A stretch of DNA of 63,530 bases, the filler included, from Conidiobolus incongruus B7586 (lineage: Eukaryota), in assembly GCA_000697335.1 (NCBI GenBank). It is 7 parts of 7 records of this genome, joined end to end, with 100 filler letters (N's around TTAATTAATTAA, not from the genome) between each part and the next. Parts side by side here need not be neighbours in the genome. Positions count along the whole stretch, not along the records: positions 38,663 to 50,719 come from JNEM01000103.1; positions 50,820 to 60,352 come from JNEM01000104.1; 5 more parts are not named here. One strand, written 5' to 3'. The position numbers were made by a program, and so were the translations under genes. The notes beneath the pieces are model-generated. The model searched no databases and was not told the DNA's origin. It was given only the letters and a program-made list of their open reading frames with translations. Below, piece by piece: positions 46,060 to 58,702 of this stretch (positions are counted from its first letter, which is position 1; each line of letters begins with the position of its first letter).

Positions 46060-46362
46060 TTATAACTCATAAACGATCTCTGCAATATCCTTCTTAATAA
46101 ATTTAGCTTGATCTTTATAATAATTCCCGAATTGTTTCAGTGCAAAGTTGATAATATTAGATCCCCTCTCCATAATTTCTTTACCTCTCTGTTGACTAAA
46201 AATCATCGCGTGTTGATCTAAAACATTCATTATTTTTCTCGTATATGGCGGTGGATGAATATCATTTTCTTTATTATTATTGTTATTGGATTGGCAGTTT
46301 ATAGAATTAAATTGTATTAAAGTAGTTATAAATAGTATAATAGAATTAGTCTTTAATAACAT
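46060..46362 (-). CDS. Small putative secreted orphan protein (100 aa)
   Basis: ATG at 46362: MLLKTNSIILFITTLIQFNSINC-QS resembles a signal peptide; mildly raised GC; amphipathic-looking C-terminal half. No family recognised. Confidence 0.55.
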   Translation of the reverse strand: MLLKTNSIILFITTLIQFNSINCQSNNNNNKENDIHPPPYTRKIMNVLDQHAMIFSQQRGKEIMERGSNIINFALKQFGNYYKDQAKFIKKDIAEIVYEL

Positions 46363-48515
46363 TGTTTTCTTTTTTTTCAAAATAATTAAAATTAATAATT
46401 TAAAGACTTATCATACCTATTTATATTCAATTTTGAAACCAATTGAGGTTTTAATGCAATTTAAAATTTAATTGGACTAGATTGAATTTTGATTCAATAT
46501 AATTTTATGCAAAGTTTAATGTTGTTAAATTTTAATTGTTATAATTTTGAATATAATAAATGGTTTTTTGCTCAGATTTTAATTAGTTAATTCTCATAAT
46601 ATTTCAATTTCTGGCTAAAATTAAAATATTATTACTATATTTAGATAATAATGAATTATTTCAAGAAATAATTAAATATATGGACTAATCAAATTTGATT
46701 TTAATATGAATATTGACTAAATAGTAAAATTAATATTATTAAATTCATTTTGGTGGTTAATAAATTGAAAGAATTTCAATTATATCATGAATATATAATC
46801 AGATATATAATTTTAACATTAATGACTTAAAAGTAAATTTAAAAAATTAATTGTCAAATGTAATGTGTATGAAAAACCGCAAATAATTTAAAAATTGCAT
46901 TCACCTTCATCCCTTAAATTTTTATAATATTGATATTTCGATATAATTATGGGATTATGAAGTCATCATCAAAATACATATTCATTATAAATTTAAATAA
47001 TTTACAAACCAAATATATACTGCAAATACATGATAATCAATATCAATCTATAATTTATTAAATTTATAATAATTTTAAAACTGATTTTAATATTTTAAAG
47101 TTTATATCATATAATATTTACATCAATTACTCATATCAGATTAATAACATAATAGGATCTATTGAATATTGTATCTTTTATTGTACACTGATTAAATTAT
47201 CACACTAATAATTTTATCAGTAATTATCTAATATATTTTATTAACAATGTGAATTTGATTCAATATAAATAAATTTAATTGTGCAAAACTTTTGGGTAAT
47301 TTAATATATTCAGTACATACAATCTCAATATCGAATTATTATTAATATCCAGCCAAAAGTACACTAAATCAAATTTGTACTTTTAATTGAAACTAAATAT
47401 CAGAATAATTGCTATTACATTAAATCTAATAAATTTCATGATAAAATAAAAGCTTAAACAATATTAATCAAAATCTTAGATGGAAATATAAACTAGACCA
47501 CTATTCTAATATTTAATTATATTTGAATAATTTTTGTGACTTATTAGTATTAGCTAATTATCTGATTATAAGAATACTTTGATCAAAAGTATTTTATAAA
47601 CTGATAATAATATCATAAGTAAAAAAATATAGGGTCTATTTTTAAAATTTAAAATCATTATTTTTAATTTTCAATAATAATTTGACAAGTAATGTAAAAT
47701 TTTTAAAGGATTAATTCTGGAAAATTTGGTCTAATCAATGATTTTTTATTAATTAATATATTATTTTATTAGTAATATTTTTGAAATATAAACATCTATA
47801 GTATAATAAGTTTTAATATTAAAAATTGCCAAAATAATATTAAATTGCAATCATAAAAATTTTTTAATTTAAACGTATTTGAACTACAAAATCTATTGCG
47901 CAATAGTATTATTTTTGAAATCAAATTTGATCCATTGAATGTGACAGGATAATGATTTCGAATTTTTGTTTGTAGGTATTGATGTTATGATTTGATGATA
48001 AGATAAACAAGAAAATGAAAACTGTAAAAATATTATTAAATGATAAATAGTCATGACTATATTTAAATCCGAGATTGAAATTAGAAATTATTAATGTAAA
48101 TATCAAAATATTTAATTTTTGATAAAATTTAATGTTTCAAATAAGCTGTTAGTAACCTAGAATAGCCCTGTAATTAATCATAATTTAATTGAAAATTGAT
48201 AAAAATAATCTTACTCAATATAAAATTTGATTCAATCATTTTCATTTATTAAGAATATTATATATATTTTTTACTCAGATAGAGGATCTTATTCATTGAA
48301 ATAATATATAATTCTCAAATAAAACTGTTTGCTTATCACACGAAATATGACAAAAAATTAACAAAGGAAAGTGGACTTATTTTCGAGAAAAATAATATTA
48401 ACTAACCAATTTTAAAAAATTAAATCCCACTTCAATAATTTATGATTAATTGGTGATTTATAAACAAAATTGAAACTTGAAGGAATACGATTGTTATAAA
48501 TAATTTAAAATAATA

Positions 48516-50020
48516 ATGAAAGAATCAGAACCTAAAATATTAAAAGACCCTACACCATTACCAGGTAATCACTGGTATGCACCTCAATACCAGTTACCTT
48601 CATTTGATATTCCTACCTTTATTCAGTTAGCTATCAAAACAGTACTATTTTATTCTCACCTATTATTAGTATGCGTTGGTATTCATTCTATGACATGGAT
48701 TGAATATTTTGAACCTCTAGAAAATTTAACCAATTATCTAAGACCCAAGTTTGAAGAATTCTTTGGCATCCTAATGGTTACCTGTTTTCAATTTTTCAGT
48801 CCTTCAACTTTACTTTTGTACAGGGGCGAAGGTGTCTCGCCTGAAGAGTTGTCAATATTAAAGGAAAGCCCTCCAACTTCAGATATTCATTTAAATTTAA
48901 GTCGAAGAGCTGTTGTCATTTGTAATCATCAAGTAATTCCATAATTTACAATTATTTAATAATAATTAATTAACTTTTTAATAGCTTTATAACGATTGGA
49001 TGATTGTATGGTAAGTATTTAATATTATATAAATTAAATATAACTTTGTTTATGCTTAAATTTTTATATATATTTTTATAGGACTTTAGCATATTTTAAT
49101 AAATTTCATGGCTATATTAAAATTGTTTTAAAACGCTCAATTAGTAAAATTCCTATATTTGGCAGGTAATACATATATTTAACTGTTATCAGTAAAAAAA
49201 TATTAATATAGATTTATTTTATAGGGTAAATAATAATCTTGTTTTAATTCAATATTTCTGTTAAATGCTAAATTTTATAATAAAATAGGGCTGTGAATTT
49301 TTCAAATTTTTATTTTTGAATCGTAAATGGGAGGAAGATAAGCAAAATATGTTGACTCAGCTCAATGAGCTTAATCAAACACCATCTCAACCATTGTGGT
49401 TTTTACTCTTCCCTGAAGGTACCACATTATGTGAAGAAACCAGATTGAAATCCAAGCAATTTGGTGACAAAACTGGCCTAGTAATTACCTTCTTTAAACT
49501 TTAATTTGTATACCTTTAACAAACTATTATTTAGAAATCCTATCATCACTTGCTGATTCCAAGACATTTGGGATTATATCACTCTATCAAAGAGCTCAAA
49601 CACACTGTTGATTATCTTTACGATTTTACTATTGGGTTTTCAGGTGTTCCTGCATACGCTTCACCCCAATATATCTATACTCTGCACTCAATGTACATTA
49701 CAGGCATCAATCCCAAGCAAATCCATATGCATATCCGCAAATTTCGAATTAGCGACATTCCTCTCGATACGGAGGAAGCGTTTTCGCAATGGTTACTACA
49801 AAGATGGGAAGAAAAAGACGAAATATTAGACGAATTCTATACTACTGGCAAATTTCCAATTAGTCAAGAATCTGAATCCAGGGAAAAATCTAACGAATTA
49901 CCAACTATCATTCCATGCGCTGTAAATAATATTAACGAAATACTTTTTATTTGGGGATATTCTTTATCAATAGTAATTTTATTTATTTTACCTTTTAAAT
50001 TTTTATGGAGTTTGTTTTAA
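48516..50020 (+). CDS. Lysophospholipid acyltransferase, LCLAT1/AGPAT3-5/Cst26 family; 6 exons including a predicted 1-nt exon
   Basis: Spliced: VVICNHQ|LYNDW (HX4D catalytic motif), IKIVLKRSISKIPIFGRGCEFFKFLFLNRKWEEDK, WFLLFPEGT, HLLIPRHLG, YLYDFTIGF, IHMHIRKF, WLLQRWEEKDEIL, C-terminal TM segment. Confidence 0.92.
49225..49225 (+). other. Predicted single-nucleotide microexon (G)
   Basis: Context ttttatag-G-gtaaat between a 59-nt intron (49166-49224) and a 63-nt intron (49226-49288); needed to keep the acyltransferase frame. Confidence 0.75.
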
Positions 50021-50298
50021 ATTAATAAAATCAATTTAGTATATAATTTATGGTATTTAATATAAATAAAAACAATTTATTAAATTGATTATATTTGGCA
50101 TTTAGCATATAAAATTTGAATTCAATATCCATTATATGTCTATTTAATATATAATACTAAATATTTATTAATTGATAAACTGAATTATATTAATTAATAT
50201 TATAGATGAATAATAACAACGTTTATGGTTGAAGAATAAAGTATTTGTGTGAAAATTTTGAAACAGAAAAAAAAAATAATATTGGAGGGATCAAAAAT

Positions 50299-50371
50299 TG
50301 CTATCGCCCGGGATCGAACCGAGGACCTTCTGCGTGTAAAGCAGATGTGATAACCACTACACAACGACAGC
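50299..50371 (-). tRNA. tRNA-Val(UAC)
   Basis: Reverse complement GCTGTCGTTGTGTAGTGGTTATCACATCTGCTTTACACGCAGAAGGTCCTCGGTTCGATCCCGGGCGATAGCA; anticodon arm TCTGC-TT TAC AC-GCAGA; T-loop GTTCGATC; T5 run just downstream. Confidence 0.95.
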
Positions 50372-50719
50372 GCGTAAATTCTTCTGATCTACATCTTATA
50401 TATTAATATAATTATATTATTATATCTAATCTATTCTTTCACTCTTTTCAATTTATTTATATATTTTGATAATCCTTAACTTCTTATAAATTTTCATTAA
50501 TTTTTTCAAATTATTTGAGAGTTTTCATAGTTTTTTGATTTATTACTATATATTTTATTCATTTATTTATTTATTTATTTTATCAAAATATTTAACTTTT
50601 TTGAGTTTATTGATTTATATATATTTATATGAAAATACTCAGCATATTAATTTTTTGAAAATAATTGTATTGCTTAATATGATATATAATGATAAATAAC
50701 TATAAAAAAAAAATATATA

Positions 50720-50819
50720 NNNNNNNNNNNNNNNNNNNNNNNNNNNNNNNNNNNNNNNNNNNNTTAATTAATTAANNNNNNNNNNNNNNNNNNNNNNNNN
50801 NNNNNNNNNNNNNNNNNNN
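50720..50819. other. Assembly gap linker
   Basis: 44N-TTAATTAATTAA-44N. Confidence 0.97.
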
Positions 50820-53144
50820 GAGGTTTTTATTAAAAAATAATTATTAGTTAATAAATTGGTATTTGATAAAAACTATTAATATTGGTTATAATTTAATATA
50901 AATATATCAATTTAATAAATTCTAGTTTGGTAATAAAGATTATAATTATATAATATACTAATATTAGGTAATATATTCTAGTTTTATTTTAATATCACCA
51001 TAGCTACCATATAGTCTTAGAGTTGTATAAAAAACTAACAACATAATTGAAATCAAACTTATATATTAAAAAATTAAAATTACTAATATTTTAAAATATA
51101 TCTATATAGTATAATATATAATAATATATATTAAAATAGAATGAACTAAAAACAAGGATTGAATTTAAGTTTAAAAAAGTAAATTAGGAAAAAAATAATA
51201 AATTTAAAATAGTATTTTTATTTTAAATAATTAAATCCCAATTAAATATTAAAATAAAGCTATTATTGTATTTTGAAAATACCAATCTATCTTAATTAAA
51301 TATTTAAAAAATATTATTTGCTAGATGATATCATTCACTAAATCAGTTATCTAAATAATTTACTATAAACCATCTTATTATAAATCACAAAACTACCACT
51401 AATGAATATCCAAATCTATAGTGATCAAAAAACAATTGGAAATAATCTTAATATAATATAGTTTTTAATAAGATTAGATAGTATAAAATTTTATAATTTC
51501 GAATATTCAATAATTTAATTATATTTTTATTATATGTTTATTCAAATATAATAATTTATAAAATATTTAGAAGATAATTTTTTAATTAAATGTGTTTTTT
51601 AAGAGATATAATTTATCAAATAATTATTAAAAATATATTTTAAAATTTAATTTTATAATTTTATTATTTAAAAATAATTATAAGATATAAAATCTAACAT
51701 ATTATTTAATGAAATTTAATAAAGAAAAATGTTATAAAGTTATAATATTGAGTATTTAATGAATAGCATTAGAATATATTCAATTGATTGAAATTAATAT
51801 AAAATTAATTATCTAAAAATAGTACTTTGCTTTCAATCAAACTAAATCTACTATTAATTCAAAAAATTTATACGGTGTTTATAGATGATGCTGTCCCCAT
51901 TTTATTAAAAAACAACCAAATTCAATTAGAATTCATTCAATTTCACCTAATAAATTTTTGCATTCATCTGTATTAATCATTAATCAAAAAATAAATATAT
52001 CTTAGATACAAATAATTGAATTCAATTGATATATTTAAAATTTGTTATATTTTTAATTCTAATGTAAATTTTTAACAATTGAACAAGATCTGATACTTAT
52101 AAAAGGTGTACACAGATTTTGAATTTGTTATCTTTATTCAGTCAATAAAATTATGAAAGTATTCTATATTATATATTTTTTATATAGTTATATTAGATCA
52201 ATTGATTTTGTTAATTTAAAATCATTATAATAAAAATAACATAGAATGTGTGTCTAAATCCTTTTTAAAATAAACTAAAACGAGAAAAAAAACCTAAAAA
52301 ACTCTAAAATCTGTTTTCCAAAGTATAGATTACTAACGCATGACAACCAATAAATCATTCAAGATGAATAACTGAAATTCATCTAAAATATCATATATTG
52401 GGGAATTTTTATCACTGAAATATGATTTCGTGTAATTATTTGCTTTAAATTTTTAATCCAAAAACTGACAATTAGATTATAAAACTCTGCTACTATCACT
52501 TTGGTTCCAATATTCATCTCACTCTCAATTATAAACCTAATATCATCTTCATTCCATATCTTAAATAATTTTTAAATGTTAAATTAAAAAATATTTTATC
52601 CAATAATCAAATAATTAATATAAATTTTGTTTAATCTTATACAATTATTAAAAAATTTCCAAAATAATAAACTTAGTTTAGTTGATTTAAATTTCAATAA
52701 AATAACATCATATCATATTTTAATTTTCAATTAAAAATTTTATAAACTTTAAATTCTAATTAACATTTTATAAAAATTATTTTTTTGACTAATAAATTTA
52801 AGTGGAAAATGATCACATCATATAATTTGAAAATTTATCAAAAATCAAGTCACTGTATTTTCAATTTTTCACATATTAGAAATTTATAAATATTCCCATA
52901 ATAAATATTCAATTAAAAAATCAGTAGTAATAAATATTAAATACATCATAATATTAATTTGATAACTTATTTTATTAAAAATTATTATGAATTAATTTAA
53001 TTTTTAATAATTATTTCATAAATTTTATTAAAATTATTAAATTAAATAATATTATATAATATAATTAATATTTTTAAAAGAAATAATTTTAATTATAAAA
53101 ACTTATTCAATAAATATAATTAAACTGAATACAATAAAATAAAA

Positions 53145-56100
53145 ATGTCAACTTTAAATAATTATTTACAAAATGAGTTAATAACTCTATCTAATGAAGC
53201 TAAACGTAAACATCCCGAAGTGAAAGAAGTAAATTTAGGAGTAAAGCTATTTTGATATTTTATTTATTTGGATTTTAGGCTTCTGAAAAGTTAATCTCAA
53301 TAATAAGAATTTTGAAAAATAAAACGGAGAGGGAATTTGCTGAAGGTAAATATCTTAAAATAATATATATAAATATATATTTAATCTTATTTTTTTTATT
53401 AACCCAATTATTATTTCAGATTTATCAAAATCCACAGAAGTAATCAAACCTTTCTTGTTAGCTTGTGACACTAAAATACCTAAACTGATAACCATAGCTG
53501 TAAGATGTTTACAGCGTTTGATTTTGAATAGTGCCATAAACGAAGTAATTTACACTCCACTATATTGAATACCAATGACTAATTAATGAATTAGGCATAT
53601 TTAGAAAAGATGATATGGACTCTATTAGATATCAACGCACTTGGCATTATGGAAGTCCAATTAAAATCATTACAATTGATATTACCTTTAGTAACCAATT
53701 ATGAGTTTATTCAGGGAAGTTTATTAAATAGCGTAAATTGATCGATGTTCATCAAATACTTTATATTGATATTTGGAATTTAGACTATTTTATTATGTTT
53801 CAAATTACAAGATACGAAATCACCAGTTGTGAATAATACTGCTAGTGCGATGTTGAGACAGGTATTGGTGCATACTTTCGAAAAAATTCCAGCAGATAAG
53901 GGAGACAGTGATAGTTTGAATTTGAATATGAATGCTTTGGAGTCGGAAGTTGAAAAAAGTAAATACCCTATTATTGAATTGAAATCTGCTAGAATTAATA
54001 TTAGTGAATTTAGAAAATAGAGATAAAACATCTCCTGTGGATCAGGAGTTGAAGGATGCTTACTGGTTATTCAATGTAATTCAAAAAATTATTAATTTAA
54101 TCAATGTCATTGATGTTTTTATAGGATATATGCTCTATAATCAACAACGAACTCCCAATCCTCCTGAAATTACCCAACCTGAGCAAATCCTTTGGTCTTG
54201 AGTTACTCGAATCTATCTTGAAGACCCAGCCCCAACTGTTCCAAATCAATCCTGAGCTATCGAAATCCCTCAAGACGAAACTGTGTCCAATCCTCATAAA
54301 ATCATTCTCCGAGAAGACCGAATTTACTGTGGCCGTGAGAATTTTGCGTCTCATTTTATTAATGATCCAGCACTACCACGATCTTCTGATTACGGAGATG
54401 GAAATTTTTGTCACGATGCTCATCAAGATACTGGAGCCGGAAAACCATCTGTGGTACCGGGTGCTCAGTGCAGAGATTTTTTGGTACATCTGTCAGGATA
54501 TCGAATTACTCAAATGGTTCTACGAAGAGTTCGATATGCAGAAAAAAGAAAATAGTCCCAAGCTGTTTAAGGACATTATCGCTGCTGTTGGTAGATTATC
54601 TACCGAAAAGCCTACATCCCAAGGGATTGTCATTTCGACTTCGGGGTTAAAACAGGGCACTCCAGATCCCAACCTGAGCGCTACATTTAATGGAAATGAT
54701 TCACAGTGGGAACTTACATACTCGGGATCAAGTCTGAAGGTGAAGGTGATTGATCAGCTGGACAAGAGTGAACCTCCACAACTCCCAGAGAACTATCTAT
54801 TGTTCTTGTGTTTGAATAGTTTTCATGCATTGATCGATGGTCAATGTCGATTGGGATCCCCTGCATTCAGTCGGTGCCAGGGTTTCCAATTAGATGATCA
54901 TGGGTCACCCGCCCCAAATAATGGCAAAAATCAAGCTGATTCAGTATTACCACCAGGTGGTAATACAAACACCAAAGTATTAGAATCTCCAGACATCAAG
55001 ATATTAATCGATATGGCCAAAATCACATGGCCAGGGCTTTTGGCATCTTTGTCATTCTTTAGCAAATTACCTATGGATGAAGAGTTGTCTTTCGTAGTGG
55101 TCAATTCTCTCCAAAATTTCACTCATCTTTGCGGCGTTTTGCACTTGACAACACCTCGCGAAGCTTTTTTAACTTGTATGCATCGCAATTCGTTCCCTTA
55201 TTTGGCAGATTACGACCCTCAAGATCCCACCAGTTTAGTGATTAATAATAACAATAATGCGCCAACAACCCTCAATAGTAACCATATTCTATATATCCAA
55301 GCACTGTTGAACATCGCGTCAAGCCTTGCGGAATGTTTGGGCAGTTCATGGTTCTTAATACTCGATGCTTTGCAGCATATTCAACATTTCCTCAGCGGCG
55401 GTTATAAAGTGTATCATCGTCAAACTGGACCCACGGTCACTTCGAACCCGGGGTCATCATTTTCTAAGAGTGGGAAAGATTCGCCAACCGCTACAATGAC
55501 TAATGAAACAGATTTGAGTGACTTAAGAATTCCAATTAATAGATTACTGGGGAATGTGAAGTATTTGTCGGATCCCGCATTTGAAGCATTTTTGAAATCC
55601 TTGTGTCGTCTTTGTACGGAGAGCGCTGGAGTTCCTTTTATTTTAAACTTTTCAGAAGAAAATTTGGGATCGAGGAGCCAATCCGAAACCAAAGGACGTG
55701 TAGTTACAGTACGTCGTCAGCTATTCAGACAAAGTGACATTTTAAGTTCAATTGATCAGCTTCGAGCCACATGTTTGTCATGTTTACCTAAACTCCTTAA
55801 TCAAGATCCCCCAAATCTCTGGAATTTAGTTATTCACAATTTAATTCGCATTACCAACGGAATTCTGACTCCACCAGGTATTAAAGTCCAAGCGTGCCAA
55901 GCTATTAATGAAATCTTGCTATCTGGGTACAATTGTGCCTCCTCTTTAAAAATCACACACCAAACCAGAATCCAACTTCAAGTCCTGTCTCCACTAGCAA
56001 TGTGGATGGGGATTTCCGAATACGGTGCTGAATCTACTACGGGTGTGATGCTATCCGACGTAGGCGGCCAATGCGCCGCTCTTGAAGTCCTTGACAAATT

Positions 56101-58702
56101 ACTACAGAATTCGGCGCCGTCATTTACGGACGGGTGGAAAATTATCTTCGATATTTTACAGGCTGCTAGCTCTAGTCTCGTCGCTGCCAAATCGTCCTCA
56201 CCCAAGACCGCGGAGGGTATTGACGACACTTCGATGCCATTAACATCGCCAACTGTAGCAAAATCCAACCGACTTGCAGAACTCATTAGGAATGCGTTCC
56301 GATGTTTACAATTGATCACCAACGAATTTCTGTCGCAGTTGCCCCCTTCAAGATTGAAGGATTGTATATTTATCGTGGGGCAATTCGGCTACCAGGAGGA
56401 GGATTTGAATACCAGCTTGACAGCTATTGGAATGCTGTGGAATGTATTGGATCTTGTCCAGAGGAAACATTCGGAATTGGCTCCAGGTGGTACAAATAAG
56501 ATGTCCAAAATTGTAACTATTAAATTTAAAGATGTGATTTCGGATGATGTGACAGGATATACACTGACTCAGTTATGGCTTTCCATTGTGTTCAAATTAT
56601 CTCAATTGGCACTTGACACACGACCTGAAGTACGTCATGCATCGATTCAGACTTTTTTCAGGGCGATTATGATGACAGAATCCCTATCCAGTCATAATCT
56701 CTGGCTCACATGCCTCAAGGACATTTTATTCCCAATGATCGAAAATGTCAACCAAGTCTATTACGGCATTCTCATGAATTCTGGCAACCCCAGTCATTTG
56801 ACCATTGACGCCCCCGAAATTGTTCACTACTCGCGCAACTCGGCTCAGAAACAATGGGATGAAACCCGAGCACTGATCCTCAACGGCGTAGTGAATGTAT
56901 ACCACGAAAAACTATCAGATCTTTACGAACTCCCAGACTTCGAGCACAGCTTCGCATCGTTGTTGCAATACATCCGCGATTCTGCACTCATCGAATCCAA
57001 AGAGATATCTCTAACTGCCATGACCAATTTCAACAAATTCGTGACGAATCCCTCGAAAATGGACAAAGTGACCGACGAGGTGAAGACTTTGATTTACGGC
57101 TCATGCTGGAAACGATGGCTCGATATTGGGAATTTAATCACTGATGATACCGTTGCGACATTACCTCATCAAACTATCTCCTACTCTAAACCCGCTAAAA
57201 CCTCAACCAATTGCAATATTCCGAAATTGACCAAAGTGAGTCAACAAATTCTAACCAAATTCTTCGATATCTTTCCCAACCTTTACAAATCCCATCGTTC
57301 CAAAATACACACCGAAGATTGGAGGCAAATATTTAAGATTGTAACAAATGCTATGGAGTATCCCAACAGTGAAGATTTTAAGCCCGATGTAGAATTAGTT
57401 TCCCCTCTCCAAGATTCTATATTAAATGCTTTGAAACCTTTGGAGTTTGAGTTGACTAAGGTTCCAAATACTGATATTGGAATCCTAATACTTGGGGTTT
57501 ATAGCCATTTTGTCAGTTTGGCATTGGAAGACTCCGAGACAAGGACCAAACGATTGTCGAAGGAGTTGAATGTAGATGCCAAGATGGCGCAGAAGATGCC
57601 TACCTATTTGGCGTTATGCCATTCTCTGATGGAGAAGTTACCCGAATTGTTTCATGCTCATAATGATATGAAATCTGTCTATTCGGATGGGACATTTGCA
57701 GAGATACTTAATAAATTAACAATTCCTATGGCTAAACGGTACCAGTGTCCTAAGTCCAAGTCAGAGAATTCTCCACTTTGGAAGGATGTTACCCGTTGTT
57801 TGGTCAAGATAATTTGTTCTGCAATTAACGGTATCAACACAATAGTAATTGAATTAGACACTAATGTGGTAAACCGTATCCTCGATGAAATTTTAGATAG
57901 TTTGAGTCAGATCCTCTGGTCCAAGTCTCCGCTCCCGAGTGACTTAACTTCTGAAGATTTGGATGTTGACGAATGGTTCGACATTGAAAATTTAATTCAA
58001 ATATTTTTGATTTTGAATCCGATATTAAGACATGATAAAATTGAGATTCAAGTGATTCAAAAATTTGTAGAATTTTTGGTCCAAGGCACCCAAATTGCTA
58101 ACTATGATATTTCTTCAACGGAAAAAGACGCCAACCTGATTGCCAATGCTTCAACCCGTGATCAACTAGGTTTCGCCTACCTCAAATGTCTGACATCGAT
58201 TTGTATTTCTGCTGGAAATGGTCCCAAACTGGATATTGACATGAATTTGACAAAAAATCAGAACAAGCGCAATTCTGACTTGTTCCAAGGGGTTCAGTCC
58301 ACAGCTGTCAATCCCGACCAAATGCTCTCCCAGGAAGTCCCCGAACGGGTTGTATTAGTCGCAGCCCCCATCCTACTAGAGAGATGTATCACAATTTTAA
58401 AGGATTTTGTAAATCTCATGCCTACCCTGGAAAAAAGACTACTTCTTAAGGTTAAGAGGGAAGAGGTTACCTTCTTGTTGAGACAGTTTGTTAATATTGA
58501 ACTACCTGCCAACACTTGCGAAAACTTATTCTCTAAAGATTCAACTAACCAATTCTTACCTCTGGTTTTGAATTGTTCCAAAGCCCATCTGTTCCACTTT
58601 TATCCTGCGTTGACGCGATTGTTAACTTGTAAAGATCCCGATATTATAGATTTAACCTCGAAATGCTTGGAAAATATAAGCAAAATAATGGGATTAGAAT
58701 AA
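53145..58702 (+). CDS. MON2: Mon2 (Arf-GEF-like endosome-Golgi trafficking scaffold), 7 exons
   Basis: Spliced N-terminus LQNELITLSNEAKRKHPEVKEASEK, PFLLACDTK, VQLKSLQ, VNNTASAMLRQ, DAYWLFNDIC, FGLELLESIL; long exon contains IDQLDKSEPPQLPENY, WPGLLASLS, LTTPREAFL, FRCLQLITNEFL, FGYQEEDLNTSLTAIG, DTRPEVRHASIQTFF, HYSRNSAQKQWDET, HLFHFYPAL. Confidence 0.93.

Noticed and set aside
54283..58581. Short alternative-frame and antisense ORFs inside MON2 (likewise inside APSES, AOX, RPS25, NST1)
   Set aside because: Shadow ORFs expected in GC-richer coding DNA; no motifs.
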